The position numbers and the translations under genes are program-made. A stretch of 49,760 nt of DNA from Alphaproteobacteria bacterium (GTDB lineage Bacteria; Pseudomonadota; Alphaproteobacteria; SMXQ01). The stretch spans positions 1 to 49,760 of the forward strand of contig JAOTVC010000003.1 of the NCBI GenBank assembly GCA_029863585.1, written 5' to 3'. Position 1 is the stretch's first letter. Each line of letters opens with the position of its first letter. The notes under the pieces are model-generated. The model was not told the origin of the DNA. It made no database searches and saw nothing but the letters and a program-made list of their open reading frames with translations. Shown in pieces: positions 18,648 through 30,526 of the stretch.

Positions 18648-19868
18648 ATGGACTACGAAAAATACTTCACGGATGCGCTCCGCAAGCTGAAAACCGAGGG
18701 CAATTACCGGATTTTCGCCGATCTCGAGCGCAAGGCCGGTGCCTTTCCCCGGGCCGTCCGCCACGTCGACGGTGCGACCAAGGACGCCGTGGTGTGGTGT
18801 TCCAACGATTACCTCGGGATGGGACAGCACCCCGACGTGATCGACGCCATGACCAAGGCGCTGAAAGACTCCGGCGCCGGGGCGGGTGGAACCCGCAATA
18901 TTTCAGGCACCAATCACAACCACGTCCTGCTGGAAGCGGAACTTGCCGACCTTCACGGCAAGGAAGCGGCCCTGATCTTCACCTCGGGCTATATCTCCAA
19001 CGACGCGACCCTGTCGACCGTGGCCGGCCTGCTGCCCGGCTGCATCATCTATTCCGACGCCCTCAATCACGCGTCGATGATCCAGGGCATCCGCCATTCC
19101 GGAGCTCAGAAGCGCATTTTCCGCCACAACGACGTCGACCACCTGGCGCAGTTGCTGGCCCGGGACGACCCGGATACGCCCAAGCTGATCGCCTTCGAAT
19201 CGGTCTATTCCATGGACGGCGACATCGCCCCCATTGCCGAGATCTGCGCCGCCGCGGACCAGGCCGGCGCCATGACCTATCTCGATGAGGTTCACGCCGT
19301 CGGCATGTACGGCCCCCGGGGCGGCGGCATCGCCGACCGCGAGGGGATCATGGACCGCCTCACCATCATCGAAGGAACGCTGGCCAAGGCGTTCGGGGTG
19401 ATGGGCGGCTATATCGCGTCGAGCGCCGCCCTGATCGACGCAGTGCGCAGTTTCGCGCCGGGCTTCATTTTCACCACCGCCCTGCCACCCGCCGTGGCCG
19501 CAGGCGCGTTGGTGAGCGTGCGGCATCTCAAGAATTCCAATGCCGAGCGCGCGCTGCACCAGGAACGGGCGGCGACGCTGAAGCGCCTGCTGCGCGAGGC
19601 CGGCCTGCCGGTGATGGACTCGGACAGCCATATCGTGCCGGTGCTGGTGGGCGACGCGCGACTGTGCAAGCTCGCCTCCGACGAATTGATCGACCGCTTC
19701 GGCATCTACATCCAGCCGATCAACTACCCGACCGTGCCGCGCGGCACCGAACGCCTGCGCATCACGCCGACGCCGTACCATGACGACGGCCTGATGGCCG
19801 AACTGGTCGACGCGCTGAGGGATGTCTGGGAGCGGCTGGAAATTCAAGCCCAACCGTCGGCCGCCTGA
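18648..19868 (+). CDS. hemA: 5-aminolevulinate synthase
   Basis: Motifs [45 protein letters not shown] and INYPTV. Confidence 0.96.
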   Translation: MDYEKYFTDALRKLKTEGNYRIFADLERKAGAFPRAVRHVDGATKDAVVWCSNDYLGMGQHPDVIDAMTKALKDSGAGAGGTRNISGTNHNHVLLEAELADLHGKEAALIFTSGYISNDATLSTVAGLLPGCIIYSDALNHASMIQGIRHSGAQKRIFRHNDVDHLAQLLARDDPDTPKLIAFESVYSMDGDIAPIAEICAAADQAGAMTYLDEVHAVGMYGPRGGGIADREGIMDRLTIIEGTLAKAFGVMGGYIASSAALIDAVRSFAPGFIFTTALPPAVAAGALVSVRHLKNSNAERALHQERAATLKRLLREAGLPVMDSDSHIVPVLVGDARLCKLASDELIDRFGIYIQPINYPTVPRGTERLRITPTPYHDDGLMAELVDALRDVWERLEIQAQPSAA

Positions 19869-19893
19869 CGCCGAACCGGGGAGACGCTGCGCC

Positions 19894-20460
19894 ATGTATC
19901 CCGACCATTCCCTGATGCCCAAGGAGGCCGTGCACCTGGCGGCGCTCGGCATTCTCGCGGAAGGCGCCAGGACCTACGCCGATCTCGCCGCGGACGTGCG
20001 CGACTTCACCAGCCACGTGATGGGACCCAATCTCGACATCATGGGCACGTCGATCCAGCTGCTCTCCTTCGAGGGGCTGATCGCCGCCGAGGCGGCGGGC
20101 CAACCAGGCCGGGTCTTGCCGCCGGACACGCTCCTGACCATCACCGAGGCGGGCCGGGCGGAGCTCGAGACACTGCTGCTGGCGTCCGTGCGCACGCCGT
20201 TCAACGACCTCAACAAGCTGGTGGTGGCGCTCAAGATGCGGCTCCTGCACCTGCTGGACGACGATCAGCGCCGCACCCAGGTTGAGGTCATCACCACGGC
20301 ACTGCGGGGCGAGCTCGCGCGGCTCGCCAGCCTGCGCGCAAAGCGCGCGGCGGAATCTGCGGGCGGCGATGCGCTGGTGCGCTGGCTCGATCATGACCTC
20401 GCCCAGATCGAGGACAGCATCCGCTGGTTCGCCACCTTGGCGCCCGGGGCCTCCGAATAG
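19894..20460 (+). CDS. Conserved hypothetical protein, PadR-like winged helix
   Basis: GGAG RBS before ATG 19894; motifs LAALGILAEG..YADL and LTITEAGRAEL; helical C-terminus. Confidence 0.75.
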   Translation: MYPDHSLMPKEAVHLAALGILAEGARTYADLAADVRDFTSHVMGPNLDIMGTSIQLLSFEGLIAAEAAGQPGRVLPPDTLLTITEAGRAELETLLLASVRTPFNDLNKLVVALKMRLLHLLDDDQRRTQVEVITTALRGELARLASLRAKRAAESAGGDALVRWLDHDLAQIEDSIRWFATLAPGASE

Positions 20461-20493
20461 GGCCGAGGCGTCGATGACCCATCGGCGGCACCC

Positions 20494-21273
20494 ATGACCG
20501 ACATTGCGAAGACGCTTTTGGCGCGCGGGCGCCGGACCTGGGCCTGGACCGCCGGGCTCGCCCGGCTGGCGGCGATACTGACGCTGGCCGCCCTGGCCGC
20601 CAATCCCGCCGGTGCGCAGGCCCAGGAAAAGGTCGATCTGGAGTTGATCCTCATGGTCGACGGATCGGGCAGCATCGACGACGACGAGTTCATCCTGCAG
20701 CGCCTCGGCTACGCCAAGGCCTTCCGCAATCCCCGGGTCGCCGCCGCGATCCGCAACGGGCCGCTCCGCAAGATCGCGGTCTCCTACGTGGAATGGACCG
20801 GGCCCTTTTTGCAGGTGCCGATCATCAACTGGACGGTGCTGCACGATAAAGCCTCTGTCGAGGCGTTCGCCACGCAATTGGAGGTGGGCCCGCGGGAGCT
20901 GTTCTCGGGCGGCACCGCGGTCGGCAACGCCATCCTGTACGGCGCCCAGTCCATCGATGCCAACAAGTTCAAGGGCACCCGGCGGGTGATCGACGTCTCC
21001 GGCGACGGCCCCACCAACCGGGGCATGCCCGCCGCCATTGCCCGCGACCAGGTGGTGGCCCGGGGCTTCACGGTCAACGGCCTGCCGATCCTCAACAACT
21101 ATCCGCAGCTCGACGTCTTTTTCCTGGATAACGTGATCGGCGGCCCCGGCGCGTTCTCCATCCCCGCCAAGACCTTCAAGGATTTCAACGCCGCGATCCT
21201 GACCAAGCTGATCCGCGAGATCGCCGGCCGCGACGTCCCCGCCGGCCGGCAGGCCGCGGCCCGGCATCCTTAG
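20494..21273 (+). CDS. DUF1194 (vWA-like) exported protein
   Basis: Signal peptide; motifs VDLELILMVDGSGSID, RRVIDVSGDG, VNGLPI and VIGGPGAF. Confidence 0.9.
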   Translation: MTDIAKTLLARGRRTWAWTAGLARLAAILTLAALAANPAGAQAQEKVDLELILMVDGSGSIDDDEFILQRLGYAKAFRNPRVAAAIRNGPLRKIAVSYVEWTGPFLQVPIINWTVLHDKASVEAFATQLEVGPRELFSGGTAVGNAILYGAQSIDANKFKGTRRVIDVSGDGPTNRGMPAAIARDQVVARGFTVNGLPILNNYPQLDVFFLDNVIGGPGAFSIPAKTFKDFNAAILTKLIREIAGRDVPAGRQAAARHP

Positions 21274-21295
21274 GGATCGTGCCGCGCGTCACGCG

Positions 21296-22054
21296 TCAAT
21301 AGACGTGCTGGGCGCCGGTGACGAAGATTTCCGTTCCCGACACGTAGCCCGACTGGGCGCTGCACAGGAAATAGATGACCGAGGCCACCTCTTCCGGTTC
21401 GCCGAGGCGTCCCAGGGGAATGCGGGGAATCAGGGCATCGGTTTCAGGCGACAGCATGTCGGTAGCGATTTCGCCGGGGGCGATGGCGTTGACGCGGACG
21501 CCCAGCGCCCCGAATTCCGCCGCCATTTCCCGGGTCAAGGCGCTGAGCGCCGCCTTGGAGACACTGTAGGCGGATCCGGCGAAGGGGTGGATCGCGTGGC
21601 CGGCGACCGAGGTGATGTTGACCACGGTGCCCTGGCCCCGGTGCAGCGCCGCGGCGAAACCGCGGCTCAGGCGCAAGGGGGCGAACAGGTTGAGCTCGAA
21701 GACGTCGCGCCAGGCGTCGATATCCCCGTTGAGGCAGCCGAGCCGTTCCTTGTAGGGCGTCTTGGGTGAGACGCCGGCATTGTTGACGAGCGCGTGAAGC
21801 GGCGCATCGCCCATCAGGTCCTGGGCCTCGGCGATGAAGCGGTCCTGCTCGTCCGGGCGCGCCAAATCGACCGTGACATGCCCGGCCCAGTTGGGATCGC
21901 GCTGACAGGCTTCGGGCACCTCATCGCGGGAACAGGTGATGACCTGCCAGCCTTCGTCGGAGAAGCGCTTGACCGTCGCATGGCCGATGCCGCGGCTGGC
22001 GCCCGTCAGCACCACGGTCTTGGGGATACCGCTATCTTGGTCCGCTTGGGTCAT
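21296..22054 (-). CDS. Short-chain dehydrogenase/reductase, FixR-like
   Basis: Motifs TGASRGIG, LHALVNNAGVSPK, HPFAGSAYSVSK and NAIAPGEI. Closely recalls Bradyrhizobium FixR (from memory). Confidence 0.9.
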   Translation of the reverse strand: MTQADQDSGIPKTVVLTGASRGIGHATVKRFSDEGWQVITCSRDEVPEACQRDPNWAGHVTVDLARPDEQDRFIAEAQDLMGDAPLHALVNNAGVSPKTPYKERLGCLNGDIDAWRDVFELNLFAPLRLSRGFAAALHRGQGTVVNITSVAGHAIHPFAGSAYSVSKAALSALTREMAAEFGALGVRVNAIAPGEIATDMLSPETDALIPRIPLGRLGEPEEVASVIYFLCSAQSGYVSGTEIFVTGAQHVY

Positions 22055-22106
22055 GGCCGGAGGTTAGAGGCTTTCCCCGGGCCGGGCCAGCCCCGCGATG
22101 GCGCCT

Positions 22107-22466
22107 TCAGGTGACCGAAACAATCTTGAAGGGATGGATCTCGCCGTCATGGCCGGTGAGGGAGACGTACTCCCCCTCCTTGAAGGCATGGGATTCGAAC
22201 CGGAAGAAGGGTTCGTCGTCTTCCTCGCCGGGCGCGTAGGAAAACGCCCAGGTGCGGTGGCGGGTGTGGATCAGATAGCCCTCCTCCGCGTCCTCATCGC
22301 CCCAGAAGCGCTTGACGGTGCAGGCCTTCTTGTCGTCGCGCCAGGCCTCGGCGTCGATATGGGCTTCGGCATCCAGCGGCACGCGGAACACATAGCCGTG
22401 TTCCGCGCTGCCTTCGGGAAATTCAGGGGTACGGGCCAGCTCCAGGCGAATGGTCTTGAAAGCCAC
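22107..22466 (-). CDS. Conserved alphaproteobacterial hypothetical protein
   Basis: GTG start with purine-rich RBS; sequence IRLELARTPEFPEGS..GY..VPLD, VKRFW and HAFKEGEYVS. Confidence 0.8.
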   Translation of the reverse strand: MAFKTIRLELARTPEFPEGSAEHGYVFRVPLDAEAHIDAEAWRDDKKACTVKRFWGDEDAEEGYLIHTRHRTWAFSYAPGEEDDEPFFRFESHAFKEGEYVSLTGHDGEIHPFKIVSVT

Positions 22467-22501
22467 GGTGTTCCTTCCTCCGTTTTCAGGGATGTCCGGC
22501 C

Positions 22502-23371
22502 TCAATGGGCCAACAACACCGGGATGTTGGCTTCGTGCAGCACGTGGTCGGTAACGCCGCCCAGGATCATCTCGCGCATCCGGCTATGGGTGTAGGCGCC
22601 CATCACCAGAAGGTCCGCCTTGGCCCGTGACGCCGCACCGGTCAGGGCCTTGCCGACATCGCCGCCGCGGCTCTTCACCGCGCTGGCCTTGGCGCGGATG
22701 CCGTGCCAGCGCAGGTAGGCGACTAGATCATCGAGGTTGTGACCCGTGCCGCCCTCCTCCACCACGGAGATCGCGGTGACGGTCTTGGCGCGCATGAGGA
22801 AGGGCATGGCGGAAGCCACCGCCTTCGAAGCCTCGATACTGCCGTTCCAGGCGATGGCGACGGACGAGCCCAGGCTGCGGGGCTTGGTCGCGGGCACCAG
22901 CAATACGGGACGGCCGGTGCCCATCAGGGCGCTTTCCGCGATGCTGGAGGCGACCACGTCGCTGGAATCCCGAGGACGGCGTACAACGGTCAGGTCGCTG
23001 ATCCGGCCGAGCGATTCGACCCAATAATCGGACAGGCCGGTCTCTTCACGGAAGGATACCGACGATTCGCGCTTGGCCGCCGGCCGCGGCGCGGTCTTGA
23101 TCTTGGCCTTGCCCACAGCGGTGTCGAAAGCCTTGCGGGTCCGGGCGGCCATGGCATCGGCGCGCTTGGCGGCCGCCTCCAAGACCTCTTCCACGAGGGC
23201 CGGGGATACGGTTTCGCCGACGAAATCGGATATGGAATCGGTGGGATCGGCCCGCAGGTGCAGAACCTCGACATGGGCATTGAACGCTTTGGCGAGGCTG
23301 AACGCCGTTCCCAGCGTCGCCGCGGCGCCGGCCGCGTCGGACAAAGGCACGAGAATGGTTCTAATTGGCAT
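22502..23371 (-). CDS. Universal stress protein (tandem Usp domains)
   Basis: Motifs IRTILVP, GRPVLLVP, AIAWNGSIEA and DLLVMGAYTHSRMREMILGGVT; GGAGG RBS before ATG 23371. Confidence 0.93.
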   Translation of the reverse strand: MPIRTILVPLSDAAGAAATLGTAFSLAKAFNAHVEVLHLRADPTDSISDFVGETVSPALVEEVLEAAAKRADAMAARTRKAFDTAVGKAKIKTAPRPAAKRESSVSFREETGLSDYWVESLGRISDLTVVRRPRDSSDVVASSIAESALMGTGRPVLLVPATKPRSLGSSVAIAWNGSIEASKAVASAMPFLMRAKTVTAISVVEEGGTGHNLDDLVAYLRWHGIRAKASAVKSRGGDVGKALTGAASRAKADLLVMGAYTHSRMREMILGGVTDHVLHEANIPVLLAH

Positions 23372-23426
23372 GGTACCCCCTCCTCCCCCAGGACGAAGCC
23401 GACCCATTCAGCCCCCTAGATCCCAG

Positions 23427-23444
23427 AATGAAAGTTATTTCATT
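23427..23444. promoter_or_regulatory. Candidate operator upstream of usp
   Basis: Perfect inverted repeat AATGAAA-GTTA-TTTCATT in an AT-rich intergenic tract about 55 bp upstream of the usp start. Confidence 0.5.
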
Positions 23445-23481
23445 AAAATATATGGGGTTTTGGCCACGGGCAGCAAGGCCC

Positions 23482-24483
23482 CTAGACCTCTTTCTCCCCA
23501 TCTTCGCCGATGAAGATTGCCTTGTGCTCGTCGATGCCCTCGGGATCCTGATGGATGATCACGCCGCCGCCGGGAAACGCGGCCCGGACCTTGGCCTCCA
23601 CTTCATCGGAAATTTCGTGGGCCCTGAGCAGGGAAATGTCCTTCGGCAGATCCAGGTGAAACTGGATGAACGCCCTGGGGCCCGACTGGCGGGTCCTGAG
23701 ATCGTGGATGTCGCAGACCTCGGGATGGGAGAGCGCGATGTCGACGATGCGCGCCCGGTCGTCTTGGCCGAGCTCCTTGTCCATCAGGGAATCGAGGGAG
23801 GTACGGACGATTCGCCAGACGTTCCAGAAAAGGTAGCCGGCGATGGCGAGGGCGATCAGCGGATCGGCGATCCCAAGACCCATGGTGGAGCTCAGGAACA
23901 GCGAAAGGATGACGCCGCCATGGATCAGAATATCGCCCTTGTAATGCAGCGAATCCGCGTTAATGGCGACAGAATTGGTGCGTTTCACCACATAGCTCTG
24001 AAACGCCACCAGGGCCAGCGTCAGGGCGATCGAAAACACCATGATGCCGATCCCCAAGGCTTGGTTGGAGATGGCCTTGGGCCCGACGAACCGGCCCACG
24101 ACCTCGACCACCAGATAGAGCGACGAGCCGGCGATGAAGGCCGCCTGGGCCAGGGCGGCCAGCGGCTCGGCCTTGCCGTGGCCGAAACGGTGCTTGGTGT
24201 CGGCCGGGCGGAGCGCCCGGCGTACGGCCACCAGGTTGACCAGGGAGGCGGCGACGTCCATCAAGGAATCCATCAGCGCCGACAACACGCTGACCGACGA
24301 GGTCATGAACCAGCCGACGGCCTTGGCGCCGACCAGGAGCGCCGCCACGCTGACCGATGCGGCGGTCGCGATCTTCAGCAGACGCACGACGTGCGGCGAT
24401 ATCTGATCGTGCATCGCGGTGGGTGCGGGCCCGGCCCCCGCCGCGCCCGGCCGATCCGCGACCCCGTCACGGGGCGGCACCAT
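23482..24483 (-). CDS. fieF: Cation diffusion facilitator (FieF/YiiP-like)
   Basis: Motifs DSLMD, HRFGHGKAE, ADSLHYKGD, HDLRTRQSG and IIHQDP. Start uncertain (24414, 24483 or 24525). Confidence 0.9.
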   Translation of the reverse strand: MVPPRDGVADRPGAAGAGPAPTAMHDQISPHVVRLLKIATAASVSVAALLVGAKAVGWFMTSSVSVLSALMDSLMDVAASLVNLVAVRRALRPADTKHRFGHGKAEPLAALAQAAFIAGSSLYLVVEVVGRFVGPKAISNQALGIGIMVFSIALTLALVAFQSYVVKRTNSVAINADSLHYKGDILIHGGVILSLFLSSTMGLGIADPLIALAIAGYLFWNVWRIVRTSLDSLMDKELGQDDRARIVDIALSHPEVCDIHDLRTRQSGPRAFIQFHLDLPKDISLLRAHEISDEVEAKVRAAFPGGGVIIHQDPEGIDEHKAIFIGEDGEKEV

Positions 24484-24497
24484 GTTAGCCGGGGAAC

Positions 24498-25100
24498 TCA
24501 AGGATAAAGCCTCGTCACGTGCCATTCCCGGCTGGCCCGCTGGAAGACGATCCGCTCATGCAGGCGGTAGGGCCGGTCGAGCCAAAATTCGAGCTTCTCC
24601 GCCCGCACCAGGTAGCCCGACCAATGGGGCGGCCGCGGCACCGGCCCGCCCTTGAATTTGAGCTCGAAATGGGCCAAGCGCTTCTCCAGTTCGAAACGTT
24701 CGTGCAGGACTTCGGACTGCAAGGACGCCCAGGCGGCGACCTGGCTGTCGCGGGGGCGGCTCGCGAAATAGGCATCGGCGGCCGCGTCATCGACGGTCTC
24801 GACGGTCCCGTCGATGCGCACCTGGCGCTTCAGGCTCTTCCAATGGAAGACCAGGGAGGCCCGGGGATTGGCTCCGATCTCATGCCCCTTGCGGCTACCG
24901 AAATTGGTGTAGAAGACGAACCCGTCCGCCTCCCGCCCCTTGAGCAACACCATGCGCACCGACGGCACGCCGTCGGCATCGGCGGTAGCGCAAGCCATGG
25001 CATTGGCATCCCGTTCGGACGCCCAGGCTTCACGATACCACGTGTCGAACTGGACCAGCGGATCCGATGTTTCAAGCTGAGCGGTGCCTTCGTCCAGCAT
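24498..25100 (-). CDS. pdxH: Pyridoxamine 5'-phosphate oxidase
   Basis: Motifs RMVLLK, FYTN..SRKG, RQVRIDG, YFASRPR, PPHWSGY, EFW..RLHER and RLYP. Confidence 0.95.
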   Translation of the reverse strand: MLDEGTAQLETSDPLVQFDTWYREAWASERDANAMACATADADGVPSVRMVLLKGREADGFVFYTNFGSRKGHEIGANPRASLVFHWKSLKRQVRIDGTVETVDDAAADAYFASRPRDSQVAAWASLQSEVLHERFELEKRLAHFELKFKGGPVPRPPHWSGYLVRAEKLEFWLDRPYRLHERIVFQRASREWHVTRLYP

Positions 25101-25364
25101 CAAGCGCGCGTCGAACTCCTGAGGTCATGGGCCGGCCTCTCCCGCCGGGACCAAGGGATGATTTTACAGTGTAGAACACACCCGCGCCAAAATGAACCAT
25201 TTGCCCGACCGTGAGGGGCGCGCTGCGCCGCCGGCGTCGGCGGCAGGCCCTAATCCCTTCGCGCAAAAGGGGCATTGTTTGAGTTGGGACGCCTTTCGTG
25301 TAGGATGCCGCGGCACGCAATTCCTGCCGGGGCGTTCGTCCCCAACATCACCATTGAGGGAGAA

Positions 25365-26177
25365 ATGGGCCGAAGCAATGGACTCCTGACGGGCAAGAAG
25401 GGACTGGTCATGGGTGTCGCCAATGACCATTCCATCGCTTGGGGCATCGCCGCCGAAGCGGCTGCCGACGGCGCGGAACTCGCCTTCACCTATCAAGGGG
25501 ACGCCCTGAAAAAGCGTGTCGAGCCGCTGGCGCAACGGGCGGGGTCCAGCATGGTTCTGCCGTGCGACGTGACCGACACGGAGTCCATGGACGCGGTATT
25601 CGACCATATTGGGGAAACCTGGGGCGGCCTCGATTTCCTGGTCCATGCCATTGCCTTCTCGGACAAGAGCGAACTGACCGGCGGCTACCTCAACACCAGC
25701 CCCGGCAACTTCGCCCGCACCATGGACATCTCCTGCTATTCCTTCACCGCGCTGGCGGCCCGGGCCGCGCCGCTGATGGGCGACGGCGGCTCGCTGCTGA
25801 CCCTGAGCTACCTGGGAGCCGAGCGCATCATTCCCCACTACAACGTCATGGGCATCGCCAAGGCGGCCCTGGAAGCCAGCGTCCGGGCATTGGCGGTCGA
25901 TCTCGGGGCCAACGGGGTGCGGGTCAACGCCATTTCCGCCGGGCCCATCAAGACGCTGGCGGCGTCCGGCATCGGCGACTTCCGTTACATCCTCAAATGG
26001 AACGAGTTGAATTCGCCGCTCCGGCGCACCGTCACCATCGAGGACGTTGGCAAGGCCGCGCTGTTCCTGCTGTCGGACCTGGGCAGCGGCGTCACCGGGG
26101 AAATCCTGCACGTCGATGCGGGCTACCACATCGTGGGTATGAAGAACCCCGATGCCCCCGATATCTCCACCGTCTGA
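25365..26177 (+). CDS. fabI: Enoyl-ACP reductase
   Basis: Motifs [32 protein letters not shown] and [11 protein letters not shown]. Confidence 0.95.
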   Translation: MGRSNGLLTGKKGLVMGVANDHSIAWGIAAEAAADGAELAFTYQGDALKKRVEPLAQRAGSSMVLPCDVTDTESMDAVFDHIGETWGGLDFLVHAIAFSDKSELTGGYLNTSPGNFARTMDISCYSFTALAARAAPLMGDGGSLLTLSYLGAERIIPHYNVMGIAKAALEASVRALAVDLGANGVRVNAISAGPIKTLAASGIGDFRYILKWNELNSPLRRTVTIEDVGKAALFLLSDLGSGVTGEILHVDAGYHIVGMKNPDAPDISTV

Positions 26178-26197
26178 AATCCGCGCCGGGTGATCCC

Positions 26198-27268
26198 ATG
26201 TCCATGAACACCTTCGGGCACCTGTTCCGGGTCACCACCTGGGGCGAAAGCCACGGACCGGCCATCGGCTGCGTGGTGGACGGTTGCCCGCCCGGCATCG
26301 AGCTGGATGCCGAAGACCTGCAGGGCTGGCTCGACAAGCGCCGCCCGGGCCAAAGCCGTTTCACGACCCAGCGCAAAGAATCCGACACCGTGCGGATCCT
26401 GTCGGGCACCTTCGAAGGCAAGACCACCGGGACGCCGATCAGCCTGTTCATCGAGAACGAGGACGTGCGGTCCAAGGATTACGACGACATCAAGGACAAA
26501 TTTCGCCCGGGCCATGGGGATTACACCTATTGGCGTAAATACGGCATCCGCGATTACCGCGGCGGCGGCCGGTCGTCGGCCCGGGAGACCGCCATGCGGG
26601 TTGCCGCGGGCGGCGTGGCCCGCAAGGTGCTGGGGGCCGGCGTGGTGATCCGCGCGGCGCTGATCCAGATGGGGCCCAACACGATCAACCCGGACAATTG
26701 GGACTGGGAGGAGGTCGACCGCAACCCCTTCTTCTGCCCGGATGCCCAGGCCGCCAAGGAATGGGAGGGGTATCTCGATTCTGTGCGCAAGGCGGGCTCG
26801 TCCTGCGGCGCCATCATCGAAGTGGTGGCCGAGGGCGTCCCCGTGGGCCTCGGCGCACCGGTCTACGGCAAGCTCGATTCCGATCTTGCCGCCGCCATGA
26901 TGGGCATCAATGCCGTCAAGGGGGTGGAGATCGGCGCCGGCATGGGTGCCGCGGCGCTGTCCGGCGAAGAAAACGCCGATGAAATGCGCATGCGCGGCAA
27001 CGACGTCTCGTTTCTCTCCAACGCGGCGGGCGGGGTGCTGGCGGGCATCGCGACGGGCCAGGATCTCGTCGTCCGCTTCGCCGTCAAGCCCACCAGTTCC
27101 ATCCTGACGCCCCGGCGCACCGTCACTCTTCAAGGCGAGGATACCGAGATTTCGACCAAGGGCCGTCACGACCCCTGCGTCGGCATCCGCGGCGTACCGG
27201 TGGGCGAGGCGATGATGGCCTGCGTGCTGGCCGACCACCTGCTGCGCCACCGCGCCCAGTGCGGATGA
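26198..27268 (+). CDS. aroC: Chorismate synthase
   Basis: Motifs [31 protein letters not shown] and GRHDPC; start at ATG 26198. Confidence 0.96.
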   Translation: MSMNTFGHLFRVTTWGESHGPAIGCVVDGCPPGIELDAEDLQGWLDKRRPGQSRFTTQRKESDTVRILSGTFEGKTTGTPISLFIENEDVRSKDYDDIKDKFRPGHGDYTYWRKYGIRDYRGGGRSSARETAMRVAAGGVARKVLGAGVVIRAALIQMGPNTINPDNWDWEEVDRNPFFCPDAQAAKEWEGYLDSVRKAGSSCGAIIEVVAEGVPVGLGAPVYGKLDSDLAAAMMGINAVKGVEIGAGMGAAALSGEENADEMRMRGNDVSFLSNAAGGVLAGIATGQDLVVRFAVKPTSSILTPRRTVTLQGEDTEISTKGRHDPCVGIRGVPVGEAMMACVLADHLLRHRAQCG

Positions 27269-27273
27269 ACGCG

Positions 27274-28444
27274 CTACCTACAGAACGCCGCCACCAGCTC
27301 GAGATGCCGGGTCCAGACAAACTGGTCGACCAGGGTCACCGGGCCCGGGGCGAATCCCCCATCCGCTAGAATCTTCCCGTCCCGGGCGAAGCTCGCCGGA
27401 TCGCAACTGACCATCACGACCGTGGAAACGCTTGAGCCCGCCAGTGCCTCGGCCTGGGCGCGGGCACCGGCGCGCGGCGGATCAAGGACCACGGCATCGA
27501 AGGCCGCGAGCTCGGGACCCCACAGCGGGCGGCGGGCCAGGTTGCGCGCCTCGGCCGTCACCGCGGCGCCGCGCCCCGAAGCGCGGGCGGCGGCATTGAG
27601 GGCCTCGATCAGCGCTTCATCCCCGTCGTAACCCACAACCCGCCATTGGCGGGCAAGCGGAAAGGTGAAGGTGCCGGCGCCGCAATAGAGATCGGCGACG
27701 CGGCCGCCGCGCGGCACCCCGGACACCGCCTCCAGCACTTGCGCCACCAATGCCGCCTCCCCCGCGGCGGAAGCCTGCAAGAAGGCAAGCGGCGGCAAGG
27801 CGACGGCGGCGTCCCCGAAGCGGGCCGTGACCGGGCTGAACTGCACAATCACCTCGGGCGCGCGTGGCGCCTCTCCGCCGGCCCCGCGACGCCGGGCCCG
27901 CGGGTTCCGCCCCCGTCCTGCGGGAGCCGGGCGCTCGGCCTGGTAGGACAGGCGGGCGATGCCGGCGTCTCGCGCGAAGGCGGTCAGCGCCTCGCGGATC
28001 GGGAGGTCGAGGGCAGCGGGGGCACGGATCAAGAGATCGAGCGCGCCCCCCACCACCTGCGCCTCGGCCTCGGCCGCCTGGCCCGGCGCCAGGGTCTCTT
28101 CGAAGAAGGCCCGCAGTTCCCCGGTGAGGGCGAACAGCGCGGGCTCCAGCACGCGGCAAACCGTCATGTCGACGACGTCGTGGCTGCCCCGCGCCCGGAA
28201 CCCAAGCACCAGGCCCCGGTCGGTGCGGCTTGCAAAGAACCGGGCCCGGCGGCGGGAGGCGGGCGGCACCCCGACCAGATCGGCGATCTCGGCCCCGAGG
28301 CCGGCGCGCCGCAATGCCGCTTCCGCGAATCCCCGTTTCCAGGCGCGGTAGTCGGCGGGCGCCTTGTCCTGGGCGGCACAGCCGCCGCAGCTGCCGAAAT
28401 GGGGACAGAGGGTTTCGGCCGCCGGGGCCGGGGCCCGGCCGTGC

Positions 28445-28464
<20 letters not shown>
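27274..28464 (-). CDS. rlmD: 23S rRNA (uracil-C5)-methyltransferase, RlmD/TrmA family
   Basis: Fe-S motif CPHFGSCGGC; motifs FLQ, DLYCGAG, LDPPRAG and VSCDP. Confidence 0.88.
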
Positions 28465-29208
<744 letters not shown>

Positions 29209-29212
<4 letters not shown>

Positions 29213-30123
29213 GCGGTCCGCGCCACCGCGTAGTCGGCGACCTCGATCAGGAGCCGCGCGGCGGGACCGAATGGCTCGATATGCGCCGCCGCCTGCCGCG
29301 CGAGCAGTTGCGCCTGGTCCCGAGCGCCCGCCGCACCCAAGATGCCGACGAAGGTCGCCTTGCCCCGGGCGGCATCCTTGCCGACGGCCTTGCCGACCTG
29401 CTCCGCCTCTCCCACGGCATCGAGAAGATCGTCGGCGATCTGGAAAGCAAGGCCCAGGTCATGGGCATAGGCGCCGAGGGCGCGCAGCTCCTTGGCGTCG
29501 GCCCGGCCCAGGATTCCCCCGGCGACGCAGCAGAATTCGATCAGGGCGCCGGTTTTGAGCCGCTCCAGCCGGGCGACTTCCCCGATATTGAGATCAAGGC
29601 CTTCCGCCGCCAAATCGATCATCTGACCGCCCACCATGCCCCGCGGCCCCGCGGCATGGGCGAGGCGGACCACCAGCTCCGCCCGCACCGCGGCATCGGG
29701 ATGGGTGCGGATGTCGGCGAGCACCTCGAAAGCAAGCGGCACCATGGCGTCGCCGGCCAACACCGCCGTGGATTCGCCGTATTTGACATGGCAGGACGGT
29801 TTTCCCCGGCGCATCGGATCGTCGTCCATGCACGGCAGGTCGTCGTGGATCAGGGAATAGCTGTGTACCAGTTCCACCGCAGCGCCGACCCGGATGGAGA
29901 CGGCGTCGGGCACCTCGAACAGGCGCGCGGTGGCCACCACCAGGAACGGACGCAACCGTTTGCCGCCCTCCAGGGTCGCATAACGCATCGCTTCAAAGAG
30001 GGTGGCTTCGGGCCCTTCGCCTTCCGGTTCAGGGAGCATTTGCGACAGGGCGCGATCCACCTCACCGGCCACCTGGGCCAGGGCGTCACTCAGTTCCTGG
30101 GGCGCACTCTCTTGCTGGGTCAC
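29209..30123 (-). CDS. ispA: Farnesyl diphosphate synthase (polyprenyl synthetase)
   Basis: Motifs GGKRLRP, SLIHDDLPCMDDD..RRG, KTGAL and FQIADDLLD. Confidence 0.95.
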
Positions 30124-30144
30124 GGTGACGCTCGGCCCGCCCGG

Positions 30145-30405
30145 CTAGCCGATATCCGCGGGCTCCGTTCCCTCGGCCCCTTCCGGCCCGAGGGAGATTT
30201 TCTCCACCTTCGACTTAGCCTCGGTCAGCTTCCTCTCGCAATGGGCCTTGAGCTTGGCGCCGCGTTCATAGGCGCCGATCGCCTGGTCGAGCTTGATCGT
30301 GCCGTCTTCGAGCTGCCGCACGATTCCCTCGAGCTCCTCGAGCGCATCCTCGAAGCTCAGCTTGGCGATGTCTTCATCACTCTTGGCTTGTGCCGCTTTC
30401 GCCAT
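30145..30405 (-). CDS. xseB: Exodeoxyribonuclease VII small subunit
   Basis: Sequence LSFEDALEELEGIVRQLE..YERG..C..L. Confidence 0.95.
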   Translation of the reverse strand: MAKAAQAKSDEDIAKLSFEDALEELEGIVRQLEDGTIKLDQAIGAYERGAKLKAHCERKLTEAKSKVEKISLGPEGAEGTEPADIG

Positions 30406-30526
30406 GGCGTGTGTGCCGCCCTCCTGTTGCCGCCGGGGCCGCGCCCGATCCTGCCGGCGCCCGATCAGGCCAGTCTAGGTGCCGAGCCTCCCTTCGGCAA
30501 GCCGCCCGGAAACCGCGCACCGGGAG

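Noticed and set aside
25439-27268. 609-aa ORF suggesting an extended AroC
   Set aside because: The first ~250 codons overlap fabI in another frame; AroC starts at 26198.
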